From an uncultured virus (IMG/VR IMGVR_UViG_2684623068_000003) (Duplodnaviria > Heunggongvirae > Uroviricota > Caudoviricetes), in IMG/VR virus record IMGVR_UViG_2684623068_000003: 20,000 nucleotides of DNA. One strand, given 5' to 3'. The number at the start of each line of letters is the position of its first letter. Position 1 is the stretch's first letter. This document shows, piece by piece, positions 1-6,870 of the stretch. A program made the translations under genes and the position numbers. Under the pieces are notes generated by a model that saw only the letters and a program-made list of their open reading frames with translations, was not told the origin of the DNA and searched no databases.

Positions 1-76
1 TCCTCAACCTTTCAAGGCCATGTGTCAGATCAAGTCGCGACTGATACAGGTAATGTGTCCACCACGCTAAATTTGA

Positions 77-820
77 TTAACTCTCAAGAGTATCAAGGCC
101 TTCTACGTAATTTTTTTTCAAATCTTCTATAAGCTTGGGTAGTTTTCTGATTATGCTTTCATCCCTATAAAAATCGGTATGTTCAGCCTGTGTCAGAAAA
201 TCTATAATATCAGTTCGAGTGTGAATCCCTTTATTTTCATCATAGCAGTCCACAAAGGCTTTAATCCCATAAAAAAGGTCTACTCGTCGTTCCTGTAAGG
301 TTTTATTCTTGCTCAACAATAGTTCATTTTCTTTCTGTAGCTCTAAATTTTCTTGCTCTAAGTTATTGGCTTTCTTGGTTTTATCCGCTATAGATGCTCT
401 TAATTTTTGGTACTCATTTTCCACCTCAAGGTCAGCCATCCCATCTTCGCGCCTGATTTTTGCAAACCACTTCGAGGTGAATTTGGAAACATTATAAGTT
501 ACAAATGGGGCACCTAGAGAGACTATTAATCCTGTAACAAGAGGCAATCCAAAATGTGCAGACCATGGTGATAAAAAGAAATCGCCAATGAAGGGAAGAC
601 AGAAACTCTGACCAGTGAAAATCATAGACAGGGTGTAATAAATATCCTCTTTGGTCTTGATTAAAATAATTATTTCTTGCCAATTTAGGACAAAAAATGA
701 AACTAAGACGTAGAAGTATATTTTATTAAATAATTTAGTTCTTAATTCGCCATGTAATGTTCCCAATACACTTGGCTTATCAAGCTTATCCTCACTGTTA
801 TTTGCACTTTCCACACTCAT
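77..820 (-). CDS. Hypothetical AT-rich membrane protein (two predicted TM helices followed by a coiled coil); prophage cargo
   Basis: 247-aa ORF; AAGGG RBS-like motif just upstream of ATG; hydrophobic segments IYFYVLVSFFVLNWQEIIILI and FGLPLVTGLIVSLGAPFVTY; heptad-like LEQENLELQKENELLLSKNKTLQE. Confidence 0.8.
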   Translation of the reverse strand: MSVESANNSEDKLDKPSVLGTLHGELRTKLFNKIYFYVLVSFFVLNWQEIIILIKTKEDIYYTLSMIFTGQSFCLPFIGDFFLSPWSAHFGLPLVTGLIVSLGAPFVTYNVSKFTSKWFAKIRREDGMADLEVENEYQKLRASIADKTKKANNLEQENLELQKENELLLSKNKTLQERRVDLFYGIKAFVDCYDENKGIHTRTDIIDFLTQAEHTDFYRDESIIRKLPKLIEDLKKNYVEGLDTLES

Positions 821-857
821 AGCCCTTTATATACTCAGTTTATATTAATCCATTAAC

Positions 858-890
858 GAATAGCACCGCTGCAAACAACCGGTGCTATTC
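858..890. repeat. Perfect 11-bp inverted repeat (GAATAGCACCG-N11-CGGTGCTATTC), possible terminator after higA
   Basis: Arms at 858-868 and 880-890; lies 17 bp past the higA stop; no clear U-tract on the minus strand. Confidence 0.55.
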
Positions 891-906
891 AACATAATTT
901 AATTTT

Positions 907-1326
907 TTATAAAAACAATTCTGGTTTCACACCAAAACGAGCCGACAGTGCCTTAATGTGAGTAATGGTCAAAGAGCGCTGGCCAGACAGAATCTGGCTA
1001 ACCAGTGATTTAGAGCCGATCTCCTCTTTGAGATCAGAGTAAGACAGCTTGTGCTGGTCAATCAGGGTACGCAGCAGTGCAACGCCGACCGGCATTTCAG
1101 CGTTAGCTTTGTTGAATTCAGCGAAACGAGGGCTATTATCTTCATAGTCGGCAATCTTACTCACCAAAAAGTCAATAAGCGGGTTCTCGTCGTCGTTCTC
1201 GATCAAGTAGTCCACCAGCTCCAACGCTTCGCGGTAATCGCTCTCGGACGAACTGCCCCCTAGGAAGGGGACAGCAGCTATGAGTTGTTTGGTTGCTTCA
1301 ATGGCTTTTGCGGTGTCGGTAATCAT
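907..1326 (-). CDS. higA: HigA antitoxin (HTH, YgjM-like)
   Basis: 139 aa; AAVPFLGG...YREALELVDYL...NPLIDFL...LRTLIDQHKLSYSDLKEEIGSKSLVSQILSGQRSLT matches the recalled E. coli HigA pattern; ATGA overlap with the upstream toxin gene. Confidence 0.92.
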   Translation of the reverse strand: MITDTAKAIEATKQLIAAVPFLGGSSSESDYREALELVDYLIENDDENPLIDFLVSKIADYEDNSPRFAEFNKANAEMPVGVALLRTLIDQHKLSYSDLKEEIGSKSLVSQILSGQRSLTITHIKALSARFGVKPELFL

Positions 1327-1634
1327 TCTTTGTTCTCCCTGTAATAGCGGGTCAACTTGTCGTAATCAGCGTGGGTTGCGATGTGCTTCACATAGAAGCG
1401 CTTATTCATGAAATTGATATAGACAATAACCCTCAAGTTGTTGCCTCCTACATTTAAAACCCACCACTTGTTCCGGTACTTGAAATTATCCATGCTCGGT
1501 ATCAGAGTTGGCATCTCAGTTGGAGAAGAGAAATCCGTCTCGCGCACTAAGCGGTACAGTGCCCGAATGGCTAACGAATCGTTGGGATATCGCTTTGCCG
1601 CTTCCTCAAAAGGCTCTTTTGAAATTACGTGCAT
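1323..1634 (-). CDS. higB: HigB mRNA interferase toxin (YgjN-like)
   Basis: 103 aa; MHVISK...PSMDNFKY...VLNVGGNNLRV...YVKHIATHADYD matches the HigB pattern; toxin-first gene order. Confidence 0.92.
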   Translation of the reverse strand: MHVISKEPFEEAAKRYPNDSLAIRALYRLVRETDFSSPTEMPTLIPSMDNFKYRNKWWVLNVGGNNLRVIVYINFMNKRFYVKHIATHADYDKLTRYYRENKE

Positions 1635-1650
1635 TTTGCGGCCATTCTAT

Positions 1651-1710
1651 CCGTTTACATTATATGAACATGATAGTGCCACCCTTTACCGTTTGCAATA
1701 TGTAAACGGT
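1651..1710 (-). promoter_or_regulatory. higBA promoter with palindromic operator
   Basis: Minus strand TTGCAA (1693-1698), 17 bp, TATCAT (1670-1675); palindrome ACCGTTTGCA-ATA-TGTAAACGGT (1688-1710) covers the -35; extra half-site CCGTTTACA at 1651-1659. Confidence 0.75.
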
Positions 1711-1775
1711 GACTTTTCATTTCATAACCTCGGAAAAATCCCTACTTAACCTGAACCGAGTGGACCTTGAGGGCA

Positions 1776-1820
1776 TGATCTGCTCCCTGTTGATTCACAC
1801 TGAATGCTGTTAGCAATGTC
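1776..1820 (+). mobile_element. Degenerate IS3-family (IS407-group-like) terminal repeat remnant
   Basis: TGATCTGCTCCCTGTTGATTCACAC...TGTTAGCAATGTC resembles the recalled IS end TGACCTGCTCCCCGTTGATTA.TACACC..GATGTTAGTAATGTC; no transposase follows. Not verified against ISfinder. Confidence 0.45.
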
Positions 1821-1896
1821 CGCTCCTCGCTCAAAGCGGACTGCTAGTGTTAACTTTACTTTGAGCAAACTTTTGGATACTGGTGACTAAAACTTA

Positions 1897-2808
1897 TCAC
1901 CCGCTAAGAAATGCGGTGACGACATCCTCAACGATATGCTTATCCGATGCACTAAACCCTAATAGCGGGCGTGCATCATACTTCACCTCACGGCTAAAGC
2001 GGTTCGGCTTATCGCTTAAGCCCTCTTGATGTATCCGCGCCATACGCTGAACACGCCCGACAAACTCGACCACGGCGGCATCGCTTGAGCCTTGCGCTTT
2101 CATAAAGCGATTGGTGCGCAGCTTCGCAAACATCTGGCGCTTTACGCGGCCTCGTTTGCCGCTGGTTGGTTGTGGCTTTCGGCTGGCGTAGGGTGTGCCG
2201 TCGGGCGCTTTCTGTTGCTTAATGTGCTGTTGCTGACTGGTGCGCAAGCGCTTCGCCACTTTCACCGCAATTTTGCGGCGCTGCACCGGCGTTAGGTTGC
2301 CAATCAGCCCCGCGAGCCTGTCCTCAAACTGTTTGAGCTCACTCATATCCCACTGACTCACTAGCTCGCCGTTGATATAGAGCTCCATGGGGCGCTCAAC
2401 CGGCTGCGGGATTTGTGGCTCGTTAAGGTGCTTCACATGAAGCGCCCTATCCACCTGTTTGACGATAACGCGCTCGGTGAGGCGCAGACTAAAACTGACA
2501 TCGATACTTTCGTGATTATTCAGGTCAGCAAAGTAAGTGAAGCCGTTCCGTTTGCCCTCATCAGTGGTCATGATATCCGGCTGGTTTTCGCGGAGCCATG
2601 CGTTAATCGGCACAATGAGCAAATCCAGATCGCCAGAATAATCGGTTATGGTCACATTGAGCGTGTACAGATTTTCATGCGATAGCGTCGCGGCTAGCGT
2701 GGTCGCAATCGTCCCGTTATCTACAAACAGGCGCAGCATATCGGGATTTTTACGCAGCACCGGCGCGGCTTTCTCAAGCGCTTCGCGCAGACTTTTGGGC
2801 TTTAACAT
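1897..2808 (-). CDS. R/S: In-frame fusion of tail completion proteins gpR (2808-2347) and gpS (own ATG at 2346, to 1897)
   Basis: First 154 aa are gpR-like (MLKPKSLREAL...RENQPDIMTT...LRLTERVIV...PMELYINGELVSQWD); last 149 aa are gpS-like (MSELKQFEDRLAGL...QQKAPDGTPYASRK...RQMFAKLR...YDARPLLGFS). Confidence 0.9.
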   Translation of the reverse strand: MLKPKSLREALEKAAPVLRKNPDMLRLFVDNGTIATTLAATLSHENLYTLNVTITDYSGDLDLLIVPINAWLRENQPDIMTTDEGKRNGFTYFADLNNHESIDVSFSLRLTERVIVKQVDRALHVKHLNEPQIPQPVERPMELYINGELVSQWDMSELKQFEDRLAGLIGNLTPVQRRKIAVKVAKRLRTSQQQHIKQQKAPDGTPYASRKPQPTSGKRGRVKRQMFAKLRTNRFMKAQGSSDAAVVEFVGRVQRMARIHQEGLSDKPNRFSREVKYDARPLLGFSASDKHIVEDVVTAFLSG

Positions 2809-3061
2809 CGTGTGACTCCTGGCACTGTTTCACGGTTTCCACCTGTAGCGCACAGCTCACCAGTGCGCGCTCTAATTGGCGGTTGTCTTCACTCAGATCG
2901 CCGTTAGTTTTCGGTAGGCTTGCCGGTATCGGGCAGCTCGTCACCTTCGGACAACCAACGTAGATAAGCGTCGGGGGTATCAAAGGCGGGACGGGTGTGC
3001 AACCTTGCAATGTCATCAGGCAAAGCAGACTGATACCAATCGCGCAGCGCTTTATTTTCAT
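2774..3061 (-). CDS. lysC: LysC, o-spanin lipoprotein (Rz1-like)
   Basis: 95 aa; signal peptide with lipobox LQGC; Pro-rich; CPKVTSC...TNGDLSEDNRQLERALVSCALQVETVKQCQE; overlaps lysB and R as in P2. Confidence 0.88.
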   Translation of the reverse strand: MKIKRCAIGISLLCLMTLQGCTPVPPLIPPTLIYVGCPKVTSCPIPASLPKTNGDLSEDNRQLERALVSCALQVETVKQCQESHDVKAQKSARSA

Positions 3062-3329
3062 TGAGTAGCCTCGTTATTTTTTGGTCTTTGCCGGTGGCGA
3101 GCTGCTGCGCGTGGCTAAGTTTCTGACGTAATACCACCTGAGCGCGTTCGCTGCGGTTAGCGTTATCGCGCACTACGTTGAGCTGATTGTTTAAGGTGGC
3201 AAGGTCATTTTTTTGCATACCGATGGTTTGCGTGGCGGCGCTGAGGGTTTGCCCCAGCTCGCGATTTTCACGCTTTAACCACCACAGGCCGACCATGGCC
3301 ACTATCAGCAAGATAATCAGCGTTTTCAT
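2904..3329 (-). CDS. lysB: LysB, i-spanin (Rz-like)
   Basis: Start MKTLIILLIVAMVGLWWL at ATG 3329 (ATGA overlap with the K stop) gives 141 aa; N-terminal TM, coiled coil, ITRLLNENKALRDWYQSALPDDIARLHTRP motif. Confidence 0.9.
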   Translation of the reverse strand: MKTLIILLIVAMVGLWWLKRENRELGQTLSAATQTIGMQKNDLATLNNQLNVVRDNANRSERAQVVLRQKLSHAQQLATGKDQKITRLLNENKALRDWYQSALPDDIARLHTRPAFDTPDAYLRWLSEGDELPDTGKPTEN

Positions 3330-3826
3330 TGAGCGAGCTCGCCCCCAGCTGCGCGATAGACCTCGACCAGTTTGTCGAGTTGGTGCTCTCGCTGGCCGTA
3401 ACCGGCACCCGGCAGGGATGCCCAAATGTTTCGGCACTTGCTAATCGCTTGCTCAATATCACCGCGCTCGATATCCGCAAGGCTTCGCTGCTCGGTCAGT
3501 AATTGCACCGCGAGGCGGTCTTGTGATGACGGGCTAAAGTCAGGCAGTGAAAGCAATGCTTTATAGTGCGGCCAGTAGCGATAAAGCTGCTGATAACGCC
3601 CCGAGGCGGTCGAGCGCTCACCGCGTCGGTTGAAGGTTTTCGCGGGACGACCGTGCGCAAACGGGTGATCGCTGTAGTCGGTGAAAATCTCCGGCTTGCC
3701 ATCAATACCCGTCACCACCACGTCATAGCCCTGATTTCGGGTGAGTGGATGGGTCGCCGTTCCCTCAGAAAACGCCAGCATATCGAGAAACGCGGCGACG
3801 TTTGGATGGACTTTAATCACGGCCAT
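3326..3826 (-). CDS. K: Endolysin gpK (lambda R-type transglycosylase fold)
   Basis: 166 aa; AAFLDMLAFSEGT, STASGRYQQL, LPDFSPSSQD and IWASLPGAGYGQREH motifs. Confidence 0.95.
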   Translation of the reverse strand: MAVIKVHPNVAAFLDMLAFSEGTATHPLTRNQGYDVVVTGIDGKPEIFTDYSDHPFAHGRPAKTFNRRGERSTASGRYQQLYRYWPHYKALLSLPDFSPSSQDRLAVQLLTEQRSLADIERGDIEQAISKCRNIWASLPGAGYGQREHQLDKLVEVYRAAGGELAQ

Positions 3827-4122
3827 TATTTATCCCCTTTGTCGGTTTTGTTTTCTTTGCTTAGGCGGCGCTGGATAAAGATTTCCACCACCTGATAACC
3901 GGCGATCCCCAGCATGGCCGCGATACCATAGATAGCCACTGGATTAATCTCGGGAAACTGCACCAGCACAACGCCTGATACCATGGAAACAAAGCCGCCG
4001 AGCAACATGCGGCCAATGAAAAGCCGAGGCGTGATGGGCTCCCCACCGGCGAGCACCTTACCCACGACAATCAGCGCGCCGGTAAGGAACAGCGTCACTA
4101 CGGTCTTATCGGATTCGATCAT
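3826..4122 (-). CDS. Y: Holin gpY
   Basis: 98 aa; three hydrophobic segments, GKVLAGGEPITPRLFIGRMLLGGFVSMV motif, basic C-terminal tail; directly upstream of K. Confidence 0.93.
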   Translation of the reverse strand: MIESDKTVVTLFLTGALIVVGKVLAGGEPITPRLFIGRMLLGGFVSMVSGVVLVQFPEINPVAIYGIAAMLGIAGYQVVEIFIQRRLSKENKTDKGDK

Positions 4123-4125
4123 GAA

Positions 4126-4329
4126 TTAATCCCATAAATTGACAGTCTTCGACGTGGTCGAGGACTCAACGACCGGCAACTCGACAGCGGTGCCATGCGG
4201 TAACACCGCGCCCAGTTCAGCCAGTCCCGGATTGACTGCGAGCACCGCCTCGACCACGCCCTCGGTGCGCCCGTAACGGCGATAACACAGGGCGTCGAGA
4301 GTGTCCCCCTGTGAGGCGATAACGCGCAT
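4126..4329 (-). CDS. X: Tail protein gpX (LysM-like)
   Basis: 67 aa; QGDTLDALCYRRYGRTEGVVEAVLAVNPGLAELGAVLPHGTAVELP...VNLWD. Confidence 0.95.
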   Translation of the reverse strand: MRVIASQGDTLDALCYRRYGRTEGVVEAVLAVNPGLAELGAVLPHGTAVELPVVESSTTSKTVNLWD

Positions 4330-4835
4330 TAGATTTGCCCTATGATGGATTTAGGCCGCCCTTCTAAGCGACTCACCGCCCAGCGTGCATCGCGCCACAG
4401 CGTGTCAGCGGTGCTCTCAACGGTGTCGGCTTTCCGGTCGCCTTTGGCGCTGGCGTCATAGCCGCGATAACGCTCGTAGACGCTGGCACTGGCAAAGGCC
4501 GACACGGCGCGCAGGTAGTGAAAACATTTTTCACTTTCACCATCGATTTTCTCGGCGGGAACCTCCGCTAAACAGGCGTAGCCTGCGGCGATATTGCGCT
4601 CACGAAAGAGATGTAACTCAGCGTTGGTTTCGGCAATCCCCATGCGGATCGCTTCACGCAATCGCTCAGGCGTTACCACATACTCAAGGCGCATGAGCTC
4701 ACGGATACGCACCGGGTCGATATCCGGCCAGAAATAGGTGTTTTTAATCACCGGCTCACGCGATTCAGGCGCAGGAATGACTATCCCTGATGCGTCGGTA
4801 TTCTCATCCGAGGCAGGAATGATGATTGTCGTCAT
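4329..4835 (-). CDS. L: Head completion/stabilisation protein gpL
   Basis: Start MTTIIIP at ATG 4835 with AAGGA upstream; IKNTYFWPDIDP, YERYRGYDASAKGDRKAD and LWRDARWAVSRL motifs. Confidence 0.93.
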   Translation of the reverse strand: MTTIIIPASDENTDASGIVIPAPESREPVIKNTYFWPDIDPVRIRELMRLEYVVTPERLREAIRMGIAETNAELHLFRERNIAAGYACLAEVPAEKIDGESEKCFHYLRAVSAFASASVYERYRGYDASAKGDRKADTVESTADTLWRDARWAVSRLEGRPKSIIGQI

Positions 4836-4928
4836 GACAAATCCTTGTAATGGGTGGGCGGTGGACGCAGAAGCCAATCAGAGCAAGCCTGTTTTCTCTG
4901 CGTGCCGCCCGGCGCGGGGCGCGTTCTG

Positions 4929-5708
4929 TTAGCGGCGAGCGGTGGCGCTCGTCGGTTTGCGCGTGCGAGTGGCTGATTTAGCCGGTGTTTTCGCACGCTT
5001 CGCTGTTTTGGGTTTGGCGCGTTCTTTCGGTTTTGGCGCGGGAGCCGGTTCGGGGTCACTGGCGGCCTTAATGGCTCGCTCCAGTCGCTCGATATCCTTT
5101 TTCACACCGGCCAATCGGTCGAGCTGCATGGCGCGTTTAAGGTGCTCTAGCGCTTGGAGCGCCGCGCCCTCATCACGCAGTACCAGCCCGGTGATTTTGT
5201 GCAGTTTGGCGCGCACTTTATCCGGCATATCGGCGCTTTCGGTCAGCGCCATGGTGTCGAGTAGCAACGACACGGCCACTGGCTCACCGGCAGTACGTAA
5301 ACGCTCGGCGGCGATAGCCACATCCTCAGCCAAAAAATAACCGGTGGGTCGGTTGAGATGTGACGGCATAGCGAGGCCGTATTTCAGGGCGTAGCGGGCA
5401 ATCTCCAGCGCGCCGGCAATATCATTGGCGTCGAGCTTCCACACCATGACGGTCATTAAAACCGCATCTTGAGCGCCTCGGCCTTCGGCCAAAACGCCCG
5501 CAACCCATGGCGCGTACTCCGGCAACATGCCGCGCTTAATCTCGGCTTTACGCTCGAATGAGTGCACGCCTTTTAACGTGCGCATATCACCGGCTAAACG
5601 CATGAGCACCAGCTCGTATCCGCTGGCGTGGCGCAACGCGCTGTTTTCGCGCTGCGCCGCCTCTTGTGCCGATACCCGCATCATGTGACGTTGTGCAGGG
5701 CTCGCCAT
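4929..5708 (-). CDS. M: Terminase endonuclease (small) subunit gpM
   Basis: 259 aa; MASPAQRHMMRVSA, GAQDAVLMTVMVWKLDA, DMPDKVRAKLHKITG, GVKKDIERLER. Confidence 0.95.
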   Translation of the reverse strand: MASPAQRHMMRVSAQEAAQRENSALRHASGYELVLMRLAGDMRTLKGVHSFERKAEIKRGMLPEYAPWVAGVLAEGRGAQDAVLMTVMVWKLDANDIAGALEIARYALKYGLAMPSHLNRPTGYFLAEDVAIAAERLRTAGEPVAVSLLLDTMALTESADMPDKVRAKLHKITGLVLRDEGAALQALEHLKRAMQLDRLAGVKKDIERLERAIKAASDPEPAPAPKPKERAKPKTAKRAKTPAKSATRTRKPTSATARR

Positions 5709-5710
5709 GA

Positions 5711-6805
5711 TTATTCCTCGGTCGGCTTATCATCAACCGGCGCGGATGCCTGTTCCGGCGCTGCGGGCGCTTTAAAGGTGCCAACCTTGATATTTTCAAT
5801 CAGGCACGCGCAGCCGTAATCCTCGACTACAAAATCGACTTTCAGCGACTCATAGTTTTCGACGCGGTCACGCTTGGCGTTCTCCTCGATATGGCGGCGG
5901 TGCGAGCTGTCCATGATGTAAATAGACAGGTTATCGAGGCGCGTCACCATCATGGCATCGGCGGGGAAGTACGGCACACGTACCGCCGGTAAGTTACCGA
6001 TGCGTTTCTGGCTGACAATCACGTCGGCGGCCATGGCTTCGGTGTTCGGCTGCTCTTGGTTCACCAGCGGGAAATACTTGTCCGCTAACAGCTGACGACC
6101 ACAGATAACCACAAGGTCAGGGTCTTCTTGGTGCCATGGGTCGATCATGCTGTTGGTCGCATCCATCACCACGGCGTCAAGGTTGGCATAATCGCCGTTT
6201 TTACCTACGCGAATGACGTCAGACACGGTGCCATCTTCGGCGGTATAGCTGTCCATGACGCGCTGCGGAGCTTCATTGCGTAACTTCTGCAACCAACCGA
6301 CGGCTAAGTCCTGCAACATTGGATTTTTACTACGGTCAGACTTCGGTGCACGGGCAATGCCGTTAAAACCGGCCATGATGTAATCGAGCGCCTGACGCTT
6401 GGCAATCGCATCGCGTAAACGGATCTGGAAGTCCTGATAACGCGCCCACAGGTCGAGGGTGTTGTAACGGATGTGAAAGTCAAAATTGACCTGTTCACAT
6501 TTGTATTTACGCGACGTTAGCGCGGCAAAATCGGCGGTTTCACGCTCGCCGCCGTTGTCAGTGTCGGCGGTGCTGGCGATAGAGCCGGTGACGCCGAGGC
6601 CGATTTTCTCGCCCTCTTGCTCATCCACCGGCACCATGTTGATGCGGGTCAGAAAATCCGAGGTCTCTTGCACGGTGGTGATAAGGGTCTGCGTAACCGA
6701 CGGCTCAACGCTGAATTTTTTATCGATATCGGCAACATCAACATTATTCAGCTTGGCGACTTGGGTCAGGAACGCATTAAATTTAAAACGGGTATTCTGG
6801 CGCAT
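5711..6805 (-). CDS. N: Major capsid protein gpN
   Basis: Start MRQNTRFKFNAFL at ATG 6805; KFSVEPSVTQTL, DLAVGWLQKLRNEAP, QKRIGNLPAVRVPYFP, DRVENYES. Confidence 0.97.
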   Translation of the reverse strand: MRQNTRFKFNAFLTQVAKLNNVDVADIDKKFSVEPSVTQTLITTVQETSDFLTRINMVPVDEQEGEKIGLGVTGSIASTADTDNGGERETADFAALTSRKYKCEQVNFDFHIRYNTLDLWARYQDFQIRLRDAIAKRQALDYIMAGFNGIARAPKSDRSKNPMLQDLAVGWLQKLRNEAPQRVMDSYTAEDGTVSDVIRVGKNGDYANLDAVVMDATNSMIDPWHQEDPDLVVICGRQLLADKYFPLVNQEQPNTEAMAADVIVSQKRIGNLPAVRVPYFPADAMMVTRLDNLSIYIMDSSHRRHIEENAKRDRVENYESLKVDFVVEDYGCACLIENIKVGTFKAPAAPEQASAPVDDKPTEE

Positions 6806-6870
6806 AGTTTCTCTCAATCAAATAAGGGGCAGAAGGCGCAGCAATCCCGCGCCGGTTAACAGTCAAACGG

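Noticed and set aside
11..63. TTCAAGGCC (11-19) matching 18,768-18,776 and an arm-like TGTCCACC (56-63) as the left att site
   Set aside because: Only 9 bp of identity, no hairpin or T-tract, a single arm-like site, and another similar 9-mer (TCAAGGCCT, 93-101) lies inside a CDS; consistent with chance.
1438..1749. Plus-strand ORFs of 103 and 65 aa opposite higB
   Set aside because: Antisense to a recognisable gene and its promoter; no RBS or family features.
3330..3437. 36-aa N-terminal extension of lysB in the ORF track
   Set aside because: Overlaps K out of frame; ATG 3329 gives the normal TM-first 141-aa spanin.
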